Part shown: positions 23,132 through 33,799 of the stretch, piece after piece
How positions within the stretch are numbered: the stretch's first letter is position 1
How the letters are laid out: each line of letters begins with the position of its first letter
DNA from: Pelagibacterales bacterium SAG-MED29
GTDB taxonomy: Bacteria > Pseudomonadota > Alphaproteobacteria > Pelagibacterales > Pelagibacteraceae
Direction: 5' to 3'
Assembly (NCBI GenBank): GCA_014653815.1
Contig: JACWDZ010000004.1
Location: 10,393 to 74,392 of the forward strand
Length of the DNA stretch: 64,000 nt
The notes under the pieces: generated by a model
The model's database searches: none
What the model saw: the letters and a program-made list of their open reading frames with translations, nothing else
Told to the model about the DNA's origin: nothing
Made by a program: the position numbers and the translations under genes

Positions 23132-24436
23132 ATGTCTAGCGAAACCTTAAATACATCAGGTGCATTTAGTCAGGCAAAAGATCTTAAAAATAGAATTTTA
23201 TTTACTATTTTGCTTTTGATTGTTTACAGGTTGGGAACTTATGTTCCAATTTCAGGAATTGATCCCCTGGCTTTGAAAGAAATAATGGCAAATAGTCAAA
23301 AGGGATTATTAGGTATGTTTAATATGTTTTCAGGAGGCGCAGTAACTAGAATGGCGATATTTGCTCTTGGAATTATGCCTTATATTTCTTCATCAATCAT
23401 AGTTCAATTATTAACCGGCGTGTCTGATTACTTTAAGAGTTTAAAAGAGCAAGGCGAAACTGGAAGAAAAAAAATAACTCAAATTACAAGATATGGAACA
23501 GTTTTAATAGCTTGCTTGCAAGGTTACGGTGTTTCAGTTGGTTTAGAAAATGCTGGAAATTTAGTAATTGATCCAGGAATGGGATTTAGAATCATAACTA
23601 CAATTTCATTAGTTGCAGGAACAACATTTCTTATGTGGTTAGGTGAACAAATAACCTTAAGGGGAGTTGGAAATGGTATTTCGCTAATAATTTTTTCTGG
23701 AATAGTAGCTGAGATACCAAGAGCTTTAGCCTCAACTTTTGAATTAGGTAGAACCGGAGCTTTGTCAGCTTTAATGATAGTAGGAATATTTATATTAGTG
23801 ATATTTACAGTTTTATTTATTGTATTTTTTGAAAGAGCCATGAGAAAAATTTTAGTAAACTATCCTAAAAGACAAGTTGGTAATAAGATATATGGAGGTG
23901 ATTCTTCTTATCTACCATTAAAAATTAATACAGCTGGAGTTATCCCAGCGATATTTGCTTCTGCTTTATTATTATTGCCAATCACACTTACAAATTTTGG
24001 ATTCGCTGAATCAGATCTTTCTATTAAAATTTCATCTATGTTTACACAGGGACAACCTTTGTACATGTTGTTATATGCATCGGGTATTATATTTTTTGCA
24101 TTTTTCTATACATCCATTGTTTTTAATCCTAAAGAAACTGCAGAAAATTTGAGAAAATACGGAGGATACATTCCTGGAATTAGACCAGGAGAACGAACCG
24201 CTGAATATATTGAAAGTATTTTAATTAGGTTAACAACTGTTGGATCTTTATATCTTACATTCGTTTGTTTAATGCCAGAATTTTTAATTGCTAAATATCC
24301 AATTCCTTTTTATTTAGGCGGCACCTCGATTTTAATTGTTGTAGTTGTTGCCATGGATACTGTAACGCAAGTTCAGACAAGGTTGATGAGCTCTCAGTAT
24401 GAGTCATTAATAAGAAAAACTAAATTTGGAAGATAA
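23132..24436 (+). CDS. secY: Preprotein translocase subunit SecY
   Basis: FALGIMPYISSSII, GNGISLII, IPGIRPG, GGTSILI. Confidence 0.99.
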   Translation: MSSETLNTSGAFSQAKDLKNRILFTILLLIVYRLGTYVPISGIDPLALKEIMANSQKGLLGMFNMFSGGAVTRMAIFALGIMPYISSSIIVQLLTGVSDYFKSLKEQGETGRKKITQITRYGTVLIACLQGYGVSVGLENAGNLVIDPGMGFRIITTISLVAGTTFLMWLGEQITLRGVGNGISLIIFSGIVAEIPRALASTFELGRTGALSALMIVGIFILVIFTVLFIVFFERAMRKILVNYPKRQVGNKIYGGDSSYLPLKINTAGVIPAIFASALLLLPITLTNFGFAESDLSIKISSMFTQGQPLYMLLYASGIIFFAFFYTSIVFNPKETAENLRKYGGYIPGIRPGERTAEYIESILIRLTTVGSLYLTFVCLMPEFLIAKYPIPFYLGGTSILIVVVVAMDTVTQVQTRLMSSQYESLIRKTKFGR

Positions 24437-24444
24437 TTAGTTTT

Positions 24445-25011
24445 ATGAATCTAATTATATTTGGCCCTCCAGGAGCTGGAAAAGGAACACAAGCAGATTT
24501 TATTGTTAAAAAATATAATCTATTTCAATTATCAACAGGTGAACTTCTTAGAAGTGAAATTAAAAATAAAACAGAATTGGGTATTAAAATTTCTTCAGCA
24601 ATAAATGGAGGATCTTTAGTTTCAGACGATATAGTTAAGAAATTAGTTGAGATTTTTATTTCTAATGAAAAATATAAAGATAGGTTAATTTTTGATGGTT
24701 ATCCCAGAAACTTAATTCAAGCCAAAACTCTAAATGAATTACTTAGACAACATAACCAAAAAATTGATCTTGTTTTAAAACTATCAGTGTCATTAGATAT
24801 AATTAAAAAAAGAATTTTAGAAAGACGAACCCTAGAAAAAAGATCTGATGATAGCGAAGAAATAGCCATTAAAAGATATAAAACTTATGAAAAATCTACA
24901 GAACCTGTAATTGAATATTATAAAAAATTGAATTTATTAAAGGTGATCGATGGAGAGAGGTCAATTGATCAAATAAATAAAGAAATTAGCGATATTATTA
25001 GCCTTATATAG
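24445..25011 (+). CDS. adk: Adenylate kinase (short, LID-less type)
   Basis: GPPGAGKGTQ, STGELLR, DGYPR, RSDD. Confidence 0.97.
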   Translation: MNLIIFGPPGAGKGTQADFIVKKYNLFQLSTGELLRSEIKNKTELGIKISSAINGGSLVSDDIVKKLVEIFISNEKYKDRLIFDGYPRNLIQAKTLNELLRQHNQKIDLVLKLSVSLDIIKKRILERRTLEKRSDDSEEIAIKRYKTYEKSTEPVIEYYKKLNLLKVIDGERSIDQINKEISDIISLI

Positions 25012-25013
25012 AG

Positions 25014-25041
25014 TTGACTTTAAGTAATTAGGCAATATAAA
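25014..25041 (+). promoter_or_regulatory. Putative sigma70 promoter of alpha operon (rpsM)
   Basis: TTGACT (25014-25019), 16-nt spacer, TATAAA (25036-25041). Confidence 0.55.
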
Positions 25042-25070
25042 TACGCATTTGGAACTTAACTCATTATAAT

Positions 25071-25454
25071 ATGGCCCGTATAGCAGGAATAAACATTCCA
25101 CAAAATAAAGTTGTAAGCATAGCATTAACCTATATTCATGGGATTGGACCATTTTCTTCTAAAAAAATTTGTGAAAAATTAGATATTCCCTCGTCAAAAA
25201 GAGTTAATGAATTGACTGAAGAACAGGTATTAAAGATTAGAGAATTTATAGACGCAAATCATAAGGTTGAAGGAGACTTAAGAAGAGAAGTTTCTGTAAA
25301 CATTAAGCGATTAGTAGACTTAGCTTGTTATAGAGGCACAAGACACAAAAAAAAATTACCTGTACGTGGTCAAAGAACTCAATGCAATGCAAGAACAAGA
25401 AAAGGTAAAGCTATTGCAATTGCAGGAAAAAAATTAACACCACTTAAAAAATAA
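25071..25454 (+). CDS. rpsM: 30S ribosomal protein S13
   Basis: [31 protein letters not shown]. Confidence 0.98.
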   Translation: MARIAGINIPQNKVVSIALTYIHGIGPFSSKKICEKLDIPSSKRVNELTEEQVLKIREFIDANHKVEGDLRREVSVNIKRLVDLACYRGTRHKKKLPVRGQRTQCNARTRKGKAIAIAGKKLTPLKK

Positions 25455-25468
25455 ATTTATAATTACTA

Positions 25469-25918
25469 ATGAATAAAAAAGTTGAAAAAATAGAAAAAAA
25501 AACTGAAGAAAAAAAATCTGAATTAGTTAAAAAAGAGAGCACTTTTAAGAAAAAGAAAAAAATTAAAAAAAATATAACATCAGGAATTGCTTATGTTTAT
25601 TCGACTTTTAATAATACAATTATCTCTATAGCTGATGAAGGTGGAAATGTTATTTCATGGTCGTCTGCAGGTTCAAAAGGTTTCAAAGGATCTAGAAAAT
25701 CTACTCCATATGCCGCACAAGTGGCCGCAGATGATGCTGGCTCAAAAGCTTATGAACAAGGATTAAGAACATTAACTGTTCAAGTAAAAGGCCCAGGATC
25801 TGGTCGAGAAACAGCTTTAAGATCATTACAATCTAGAGGTTTTAAAATATTATCAATAAAAGACACAACACCAATGCCACACAACGGCGCAAGACCACCA
25901 AAAAGAAGGAGAGTGTAA
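25469..25918 (+). CDS. rpsK: 30S ribosomal protein S11
   Basis: [32 protein letters not shown]. Confidence 0.98.
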   Translation: MNKKVEKIEKKTEEKKSELVKKESTFKKKKKIKKNITSGIAYVYSTFNNTIISIADEGGNVISWSSAGSKGFKGSRKSTPYAAQVAADDAGSKAYEQGLRTLTVQVKGPGSGRETALRSLQSRGFKILSIKDTTPMPHNGARPPKRRRV

Positions 25919-26952
25919 TGCCATCTACGTCAAATGTTATAGATAAAAATTGGAAAGCTTTAATTAAACCAAATAAATTAGAAATTAAAAGTAATGAAGA
26001 TAAAACAATTGCAACAGTCGTTGCCGAACCTTTAGAAAAAGGATTTGGACAAACTATTGGTAACTCATTAAGAAGAATTTTATTATCATCGATTCAAGGA
26101 GCTGCAGTTTCAGCTATTCAAATAGATGGTGTTCTTCATGAATTTTCATCAATAAAAGGTGTGAGAGAAGATGTTACTGACATTGTATTAAATGTAAAAA
26201 ACTTAGCGATTAGATCATCTTCTGCAAGTACTAAAAAGATTATTTTGGATATTAAAGGTCCTAAAGAAGTTAAAGCAAAAGATATTACTCTTGTTTCAGA
26301 AATAGAAATTCTAAATCCTGAACAAACCATTTGTAACTTGGATGAAAAAACTAGTTTTCATATGGAATTAATGATTAGTACAGGCAAAGGTTATGTTGCT
26401 GCTCCAAAAAATAAAAATGAAGATAGTCCTTTAGGATTAATTTCAATAGATTCTTTATTTAGCCCAGTTAAAAAAGTTTCTTTTGCAATAGAAAATACGA
26501 GAGCAGGTAGCGCACTTGATTATGACAAATTGGTAATGACCGTTGAAACAAATGGTACGGTTGACGCAGAGGATGCAATTGCCTATTCAGCTAGAATATT
26601 TCAGGATCAATTATCAATGTTTGTTAATTTTGAAGATCCTAAAGAAATAGTGAAAGAAGTTAAATCTACAGAACCAGAATTTAATAGAAATTTATTAAAA
26701 AGAGTTGAAGAACTTGAATTGTCTGTAAGATCAATGAACTGTCTAAAAAATGATAATATAATTTATATAGGTGATTTAGTTCAAAAAACAGAACCAGAAA
26801 TGTTAAGAACACCAAATTTTGGTAGAAAATCTCTTAATGAAATTAAAGAAGTTTTAAATACAATGTCTTTATATTTGGGCATGGAGATACCAAATTGGCC
26901 ACCAGATAATATTGCAGAATTATCTAAAAAACTTGAGGATAATAACTATTAA
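25918..26952 (+). CDS. rpoA: RNA polymerase alpha subunit
   Basis: [41 protein letters not shown]. Confidence 0.99.
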   Translation: MPSTSNVIDKNWKALIKPNKLEIKSNEDKTIATVVAEPLEKGFGQTIGNSLRRILLSSIQGAAVSAIQIDGVLHEFSSIKGVREDVTDIVLNVKNLAIRSSSASTKKIILDIKGPKEVKAKDITLVSEIEILNPEQTICNLDEKTSFHMELMISTGKGYVAAPKNKNEDSPLGLISIDSLFSPVKKVSFAIENTRAGSALDYDKLVMTVETNGTVDAEDAIAYSARIFQDQLSMFVNFEDPKEIVKEVKSTEPEFNRNLLKRVEELELSVRSMNCLKNDNIIYIGDLVQKTEPEMLRTPNFGRKSLNEIKEVLNTMSLYLGMEIPNWPPDNIAELSKKLEDNNY

Positions 26953-27395
26953 TGAGACATGGGATTGGTTACAGAAAATTAAATAAAACTGGTGAGCATA
27001 GAAAAGCTTTATTTAAAAATATGCTCAATTCTTTAATTAAATATGAGCAAATAATTACTACTTTACCTAAAGCTAAAGAGCTAAAACCTCAAATAGATAA
27101 AGTTATTACAATTGGAAAGAAAAATATATTAAGCAACAAAAAAAGACTTTTTTCTAAACTACAAGACAAAAAATCAGTTACAAAAGTATTTGATGAATTA
27201 TCAAAAAGATATAGTTCAAGAAAAGGTGGATATTCAAGAGTATTAAAAGCTGGATTTAGAACTGGCGATGATGCTCCTATGGCTGTTATTGAGTTAGTAG
27301 ATAGAAATCCAGAAGCTAGAAAAGTTGATAAACCAAAAAAAGTTGAAAAAACAGAAAACGAAAAAAAGACAGATCAAAAAGTAGCAAGCAAATAG
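26952..27395 (+). CDS. rplQ: 50S ribosomal protein L17
   Basis: [26 protein letters not shown]. Confidence 0.98.
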   Translation: MRHGIGYRKLNKTGEHRKALFKNMLNSLIKYEQIITTLPKAKELKPQIDKVITIGKKNILSNKKRLFSKLQDKKSVTKVFDELSKRYSSRKGGYSRVLKAGFRTGDDAPMAVIELVDRNPEARKVDKPKKVEKTENEKKTDQKVASK

Positions 27396-27407
27396 TTTCA
27401 GCTCTAC

Positions 27408-28316
27408 ATGCCAAAAACCTATACTGTTGAAAAAGATTATCAAAACTCACGTTTTGATAGATGGTTTAAAGCAAAAATAATAAATATTCCCCAGTCATTA
27501 ATCGAAAAAATTATTAGATTAAATAAAGTAAAAATTAACAGAAAAAGAGCAAAATCATCCTATAGAGTCCAATCTGGAGATGTTGTAGAAGTTTACGATA
27601 TTTCAAAATTTAAAATAAATGATAGGACTAGAGCATTAAAATATAAGCCATCTAGAAAAGAAATTAATGTATATGACGACTACGTAATAGAAAATAATGA
27701 AAATTTTGTAGTTATAAATAAACCGGCTGGAATTGCAGTCCAATCTGGAACAAAATCATTTAAGAATATTATTGATTTATTAAAAAACACAAGGTATTTT
27801 GAAAATCATAAACCATACATTGTTCATCGATTAGATAAAGAAACTTCTGGTGTTTTGATTGTAGCCAAAACAAGAGAATATGCTCAATTATTTACTTCAC
27901 TTTTTAGAATCAGAAAAATGCATAAAACATATGTTGCTTTGACTTATGGAAAAGTTTCTAAATCTAAGGATATATTGAAAGATGATCTAGTTTTTTACGA
28001 TAATAATAAAAAGATAATACAAAAGGCAATTTCTCATTTAAAAGTTTTAAAGTCTTCAAATGATTACTCTTATGTTGAGTTAAATCCAATAACTGGAAGA
28101 AAGCATCAATTAAGAAAACAGCTATATAATATTGGAAATCCTATTGTCGGAGATGATAAATATTTTATAAATAGAAAAGCTAATAAAAAAAAGATAAAAA
28201 GCAAAAATCTAATGTTGCATGCTTATAAAATTAAATTTATGATAAATAATATCCAGTATAATTTTAAAGCCAGATATAATAATGATTTTGAAGAATTTTT
28301 AAAAAAAAATCTTTAA
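27408..28316 (+). CDS. rluC: RluA-family 23S rRNA pseudouridine synthase with S4 domain (RluC-like)
   Basis: NKPAG, HRLDKETSG, TGRKHQLR, PIVGD, LHA. Confidence 0.88.
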   Translation: MPKTYTVEKDYQNSRFDRWFKAKIINIPQSLIEKIIRLNKVKINRKRAKSSYRVQSGDVVEVYDISKFKINDRTRALKYKPSRKEINVYDDYVIENNENFVVINKPAGIAVQSGTKSFKNIIDLLKNTRYFENHKPYIVHRLDKETSGVLIVAKTREYAQLFTSLFRIRKMHKTYVALTYGKVSKSKDILKDDLVFYDNNKKIIQKAISHLKVLKSSNDYSYVELNPITGRKHQLRKQLYNIGNPIVGDDKYFINRKANKKKIKSKNLMLHAYKIKFMINNIQYNFKARYNNDFEEFLKKNL

Positions 28317-28924
28317 ATTTTGCTTATATTTTTTATAAATATTTTTTTTAGTTTTTCTTCTATATTTTTAATTATTATACCTTTTTCATTATATACAGAT
28401 GTTATTTTTTGATTATTAAGTCCACAAGGAACAATTTTTAGATAATCATCAAGATTGTTGTTTATATTTATAGAACATCCGTGATAAGCAACCCATTTTG
28501 AAATTTTTAAACCAATAGCAGCTATTTTTTTCTCATTTACCCAAATACCAATATTTTTTTTATCTTTTTTTCCTTTAATTTTATATATCATCAAAAATTC
28601 AATAATACTTTTTTCAATTAAACCTATTAGTTTTCTAATGTCTTTCTTTCTATTGTTTAAATTTAAAACAAAATAGATGATTTTCTGCCCCGGATTATGC
28701 AACGTGATTTTTCCCCCTCTATTTGTCTTAATGACTTTAATTTTATCATCCAATATCTCTTTGTCATCAGATCTAATACCTGCAGTATAGGTAAGCGGAT
28801 GCTCTAAAATCCATAATAATTCTTTACCCTTGTTTGCTTTAAGTTCTTCAACACGTTTATAAAGAATTTTTACAGCAGTTTTATAGGAAATACGTCTTTT
28901 ACTTATTTTTACTTCCATGCTCAT
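28313..28924 (-). CDS. lipB: Lipoyl(octanoyl) transferase
   Basis: LEHPLTYTAG, RGGKITLHNPGQ, KKIAAIG, IVPCGL. Confidence 0.95.
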   Translation of the reverse strand: MSMEVKISKRRISYKTAVKILYKRVEELKANKGKELLWILEHPLTYTAGIRSDDKEILDDKIKVIKTNRGGKITLHNPGQKIIYFVLNLNNRKKDIRKLIGLIEKSIIEFLMIYKIKGKKDKKNIGIWVNEKKIAAIGLKISKWVAYHGCSININNNLDDYLKIVPCGLNNQKITSVYNEKGIIIKNIEEKLKKIFIKNISKI

Positions 28925-28984
28925 TTAGTTTGAAATTTATCATTTTATCGACTATTAGTCTCAAAAAAACAATCAGAGATATTT

Positions 28985-30364
28985 ATGACTTTAGTTAAAT
29001 CAACAGGAAATAAAAAGGTCAATCTCGATTTTAATAAGGAATTTGTCAATACATTTTCTGAAAAAATTCAATCTTCTGATATAAAATTTATTAACCAAAC
29101 TCTTAAAGATTTGCATGAGGCTGATATAGCAAATTTAATAGAAAATCTATCTAACGAAACAAGAGTCAAGCTTATCGAATTAGAAGAGTTTAATATTGAT
29201 CCTGACATTTTTATTGAACTTAATGAGTCAATACAAAGCGAAGTCCTTCAACTTCTATCAACAGAGTCAATAATTAATATTATTAAAAGACTTGAGTCTG
29301 ATGACTCAATCAAAATATTAGAGAATTTAGAAAAAAGTAAAAAAGAATCAGTTTTAGAAAAATTACCACCTAAAGATAAATTTCTCTTAGAAGAAGGTTT
29401 AAGTTATCCAGAAGACTCCGCAGCTAGAATTATGCAAAGAGAATTTACAGCAGTTCCAAGTAATTGGAGTGTAGGTCAAACCATAGATTATTTAAGAGAA
29501 AATAAAGATCTTCCTAAAGAATTTTTAGAAATTTTTATTGTAGATAATGAATTTAAACCTATAGGAACAGTTCCTTCTTCAAGAGTATTGAGAACTTCTA
29601 GAGATTCGAAAATGAATTCTATAATGTCTGAGATGCCAGTTTTAATTTCAGTTAATATGGATAAAGAGGAAGTAGGACATACTTTTGAAAGTTATAATTT
29701 AGTTTCTGCCGGAGTAGTAAATAAAGATAATAAATTAGTAGGAATGATTACAGCAGATGATGTGGTTACAGTAGTCCAGGAAGAAGCTGAAGAAGATGCA
29801 TTAAGATTAGCAGGTGTTGGTGACGAAGAAATAACAGATAGTGTTATCGTTAAAACTAAAAGAAGATTTAATTGGTTACTATTGAATTTATTTACAGCAT
29901 TACTTGCTACCTGGGTAATAAGTAACTTTGGTGCTTCCATAGAACAAATGGTTGCCTTAGCCTTTTTAATGCCAATTGTTGCTTCCATGGGTGGAAATGC
30001 AGGCATGCAAACTTTAGCAGTAACCATCAGAGCTATAGCAAAAAAAGAATTATCAACGAGTAATTTTAATCGAGTAGTAGGAAAGGAATTTATTATAGGA
30101 ATTTTAAATGGAGTTATTTTTGCAATTATTACAGCAATTATCGTTCATCTTTGGTTTAAAGAAATAAATTTATCTTTATTGATAGGTGTTTCAATGATTT
30201 TGAATATGATTGTAGCTGGTTTATTTGGAATATTAGTTCCCGTTTCTTTAAAGAAGATGAATATTGATCCAGCATTAGCTTCAAGTGTGTTTGTAACCAC
30301 TATAACAGATGTGATTGGTTTTCTATCTTTTCTAGGTTTAGGGTCTTATTATTTTCTTAATTAG
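28985..30364 (+). CDS. mgtE: Magnesium transporter MgtE
   Basis: N-domain plus CBS pair; MGGNAGMQ, DPALAS, TTITD. Confidence 0.96.
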   Translation: MTLVKSTGNKKVNLDFNKEFVNTFSEKIQSSDIKFINQTLKDLHEADIANLIENLSNETRVKLIELEEFNIDPDIFIELNESIQSEVLQLLSTESIINIIKRLESDDSIKILENLEKSKKESVLEKLPPKDKFLLEEGLSYPEDSAARIMQREFTAVPSNWSVGQTIDYLRENKDLPKEFLEIFIVDNEFKPIGTVPSSRVLRTSRDSKMNSIMSEMPVLISVNMDKEEVGHTFESYNLVSAGVVNKDNKLVGMITADDVVTVVQEEAEEDALRLAGVGDEEITDSVIVKTKRRFNWLLLNLFTALLATWVISNFGASIEQMVALAFLMPIVASMGGNAGMQTLAVTIRAIAKKELSTSNFNRVVGKEFIIGILNGVIFAIITAIIVHLWFKEINLSLLIGVSMILNMIVAGLFGILVPVSLKKMNIDPALASSVFVTTITDVIGFLSFLGLGSYYFLN

Positions 30365-31176
30365 ATATTATCGATTAATCTAGTTTTGTTAAGATAAAAA
30401 GCAATAAAAATTTTAAATTTTTCTCTTTTACTTTTAGGTTGCCTTAGAGTCTTTGAATTATAAAATTCAATATAGTCAATTTTCGTTACTCCTAAATTTA
30501 TTAAATCTTTTTTGATGGTAATAGATTTAGAATTAAAAAATTCTTTTTTAATCAGTCTTTTTTTATTTTTTAAATATTTAATAACATTTGAGGCAATTTT
30601 AAATTGATTTTTATTCAAATTATTATTTCTAGTAGAGCAGGCTACACCATTTTTTTCTCTTATCGTGTTACAATTAATTACTTTTGTATTAATTTTTCTT
30701 TTTAATATATGCTTACTAATTAGATACGATTGTTGAAAGTCTTTAATTCCTAAAAAAATATATTTAGGTTTTATTAACTCTAAAAATCTATTAACAATAT
30801 TTAGAACCCCTTTAAAATGATCTTTCCTTGATCTACCACAAAGTTTTTTTGAAAATTTATCTAAAAAAATCTTATTTTTTACTTGAAATGAAAAAACATC
30901 TTTAAAGCTTGGAAGATAAATCAAATCAACCTTTAAATGCTTTAATATTTTTAAATCTTTTTTCAGATTACGTGGATAATTAATAAAATCTTTTTTTTCA
31001 TTAAATTGCTTTGGATTAACAAAGATTGAAACCAATGTTTTACCTTTATAATTTTGTGATTTTTTAATTAAAGATATATGACCTTTATGTAAACCACCCA
31101 TTGTAGGTACAAAAGATATATTTTTGATATTCGAAATCTCTTCTTTTAATTTATGTTTACTTTTAAATATTTTCAT
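30361..31176 (-). CDS. panC: Pantoate--beta-alanine ligase
   Basis: FVPTMGGLHKGH, SIFVNPKQF, GIKDFQQ, TRLIDNI. Confidence 0.96.
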   Translation of the reverse strand: MKIFKSKHKLKEEISNIKNISFVPTMGGLHKGHISLIKKSQNYKGKTLVSIFVNPKQFNEKKDFINYPRNLKKDLKILKHLKVDLIYLPSFKDVFSFQVKNKIFLDKFSKKLCGRSRKDHFKGVLNIVNRFLELIKPKYIFLGIKDFQQSYLISKHILKRKINTKVINCNTIREKNGVACSTRNNNLNKNQFKIASNVIKYLKNKKRLIKKEFFNSKSITIKKDLINLGVTKIDYIEFYNSKTLRQPKSKREKFKIFIAFYLNKTRLIDNI

Positions 31177-31214
31177 TTATTTATTGTAGTGATAATAAGT
31201 ATTATGAGAATCAT

Positions 31215-32030
31215 ATGATAAAACAAGCAATTATTCCACTAGCAGGTTTAGGAACAAGGTTGTTACCATTAACTAGTGTAATTCAAAAAGAATTATTACC
31301 ACTAAATGGTAAGCCAAATTTAGAGTACATAATGGAAGAATGCGTCGAAGCTGGAATCAAGCAGTTCATTTTGATAGTTCCTAAAAATAGACCTACAATA
31401 AGAAATTATTTTTTTAATGATGTATTTTATAAAAGATTAATCAAGAAGAAAAAAAAAGATAAGAAATTAAAAGAAATATTCAAAAGGATTAAGAGGTATC
31501 AAAAGATGATAAAGTTTGTATATCAAAATAAACCTGATGGAACAGGAGCCGCAGTTTTGAAATGTAAAAAATATTTAAAAGATAAACATTTCTTGATGCT
31601 TCTTGCGGATGATTTAATAATTAAAAAAAATTGTTCAAAAGAAATGATTTCTTTACATAAAAAAACAAAGGGATCTATAATAGCAACTAGAAAAGTAGAA
31701 AGAAGAACAGTTTCAAGATGGGGAATTTTAGGGGTTAAAGAAAAAAAAAAACATTCATTCTCAATTAATGAAGTAATTGAAAAGCCTAAATTGAAAGATG
31801 CACCATCAAATTATGCCATAATTGGAAGATATATTTTACCTAAAAAAATTCTTTCTGTTTTAAAAAATCAAAAAAAAGGAAAAGGCGGAGAGATACATAT
31901 CACAGACGCAATCAAAACCTTAATCGAAAGGGGAGAAAAATTTTATGGAAATATTTTTAGAGGAAAATATTTGGACTCGGGAACACTTGAGAGTTACATC
32001 AAGTCAAACTTAATAATTTCAAAATTATAA
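31215..32030 (+). CDS. galU: UTP--glucose-1-phosphate uridylyltransferase-like
   Basis: IPLAGLGTRLLPLT..KELLP, IEKP, IIGRY, GEIHITDA. Confidence 0.88.
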   Translation: MIKQAIIPLAGLGTRLLPLTSVIQKELLPLNGKPNLEYIMEECVEAGIKQFILIVPKNRPTIRNYFFNDVFYKRLIKKKKKDKKLKEIFKRIKRYQKMIKFVYQNKPDGTGAAVLKCKKYLKDKHFLMLLADDLIIKKNCSKEMISLHKKTKGSIIATRKVERRTVSRWGILGVKEKKKHSFSINEVIEKPKLKDAPSNYAIIGRYILPKKILSVLKNQKKGKGGEIHITDAIKTLIERGEKFYGNIFRGKYLDSGTLESYIKSNLIISKL

Positions 32031-32037
32031 TAATATT

Positions 32038-33345
32038 ATGAAATTATGTATGATAGGAACAGGATATGTTGGTTTGGTCAGTGGAACGTGTTTTGCTGAT
32101 ATAGGAAATCAAGTATATTGCGTTGACAAAGATGTTTCAAAGATAAATAAATTAAATTTAGGAACCTCACCCATTTATGAACCTGGTTTAAATGAGTTAA
32201 TAAAAAAAAATTATATAGCCAAAAGATTGTTTTTTACAACAGACTTAAAAAAAGCTATTAATTTTTCGGATATAATTTTTATTTGTGTTGGTACACCAAC
32301 CAAAAAAGGTTCTCTTAAAGTAGATTTATCTTATGTATATAAATCGATTAAAGAAATCATTTCTTCAACAAAAAATAAGAAAATTATTGTAACAAAATCA
32401 ACTGTTCCTATTGGAACAGGTGACGAAATTGAGAAAATAATTAAGAAACTAAAAAAGAAAAATTTTGAAGTAATTTCTAACCCTGAATTTTTAAGAGAAG
32501 GTGAAGCGATTAGAGATTTTAGATATCCTGATAGAATAGTTATTGGTTCAAATAATAAAAAGATATTTAAAAAAATGAAAACTCTCTATACCCCCCTAAT
32601 AAGTAAGGGTGCAAAGTTTTTTACAACATCTAGAAGGGGAGCTGAATTAATCAAGTATGCATCAAACGCTTTTCTTGCTACAAAAATTACATTTATCAAT
32701 GAAATATCAAATTTATGTGAAAAGACAGGAGTTAATGTTGAAGATATATCTTTAGGTATTGGCTCTGACAATAGAATAGGAAGTAGATTTTTAAGAGCAG
32801 GTCCTGCGTACGGAGGATCCTGTTTTCCAAAAGATACAAAAGGTTTAGTTTCAATTGCTGATAAAAATAAGATAAATCTTTCAATTGTTAAATCAGTTAT
32901 TAAGTCTAATCAAAACAGAGTAAATTTACATACTAAAAGAATTCATAAAATAATTGGTTCTAAAGTCAGAAATAAAAAGATAGCTTTTTTAGGAGTCACA
33001 TTTAAACCAAATACAGACGATATGAGGGACTCGACAAGTCTAAAAATGATACCTTATCTTTGCAAAAAGGGAGCAAAAGTTTCCTATTATGATCCTTCAG
33101 GTAAGAAAAAAGTGTTTTCAAACATTAAAAATTGTAAATATGAAAATGATATAAAAAATAACTGTAAAAATGCAGATTTAATTATTTTACTCACCGAGTG
33201 GGACGAATTTAAAACAATAGATTTTAAAAAGATTAATAAAAACAAAAACTTGAAAATTTATGATCTGAGAAATTTATATAATTTAGATCAAATGAAAGAA
33301 AAAAATATGAAATATTATTCTGTAGGAAGGCCTGATATTAATTAA
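32038..33345 (+). CDS. ugd: UDP-glucose 6-dehydrogenase
   Basis: GTGYVGL, ICVGTP, NPEFLREG, GGSCFPKD, FKPNTDDMR. Confidence 0.94.
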   Translation: MKLCMIGTGYVGLVSGTCFADIGNQVYCVDKDVSKINKLNLGTSPIYEPGLNELIKKNYIAKRLFFTTDLKKAINFSDIIFICVGTPTKKGSLKVDLSYVYKSIKEIISSTKNKKIIVTKSTVPIGTGDEIEKIIKKLKKKNFEVISNPEFLREGEAIRDFRYPDRIVIGSNNKKIFKKMKTLYTPLISKGAKFFTTSRRGAELIKYASNAFLATKITFINEISNLCEKTGVNVEDISLGIGSDNRIGSRFLRAGPAYGGSCFPKDTKGLVSIADKNKINLSIVKSVIKSNQNRVNLHTKRIHKIIGSKVRNKKIAFLGVTFKPNTDDMRDSTSLKMIPYLCKKGAKVSYYDPSGKKKVFSNIKNCKYENDIKNNCKNADLIILLTEWDEFKTIDFKKINKNKNLKIYDLRNLYNLDQMKEKNMKYYSVGRPDIN

Positions 33346-33799
33346 TTTCAAATATTGCATCAACTTCAACAGCTACACCTAATGGTAAACTATTAGAACT
33401 GATAGCAGCTCTTGTGTGCAAACCTTTATTATCAAAAATTTTTGCAATAATTTCAGATGCTCCATTTATAACTTTTGGTTGATCTATAAAATTATCGGTG
33501 GAGTTGACATATCCTGTCAATTTTATACAAGATTTTACTTTTGAGAGATCGTTATCACATGCTTTTTTAACTTGTGAAATTATAGCTAAGCCACATCTCT
33601 TTGCAGCCTCATAACCTTGATTTGTATCTAAATCTTTACCAATTTTTCCTTTTATAAGATTACCTTTTTCATCAGTTGAAATTTGACCTGATATAAAGAG
33701 TAACTTTCCAATTATTTTACTCGCAACGTACGCTCCTACAGGATCCTTTGGGTCTGGTAACTTAATGTTATTTTTCTTTAAATTTTCTTCAATAGACAT
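33338..33799 (-). CDS. RidA/YjgF family protein
   Basis: GAYV, ISGQ, INGASE, GLHTRAA, SLPLGVAVEVD. Confidence 0.9.
   Translation of the reverse strand: MSIEENLKKNNIKLPDPKDPVGAYVASKIIGKLLFISGQISTDEKGNLIKGKIGKDLDTNQGYEAAKRCGLAIISQVKKACDNDLSKVKSCIKLTGYVNSTDNFIDQPKVINGASEIIAKIFDNKGLHTRAAISSNSLPLGVAVEVDAIFEIN

Noticed and set aside
24436-25918. Absence of map, infA, rpmJ and rpsD from the secY-alpha region
   Set aside because: The normal arrangement in Alphaproteobacteria.
31741-31751. Long poly-A/T runs in coding regions (also about 51531-51540 and 54943-54952) as phase-variation or frameshift sites
   Set aside because: Reading frames are intact; the runs reflect AAA Lys codons in an AT-rich genome.
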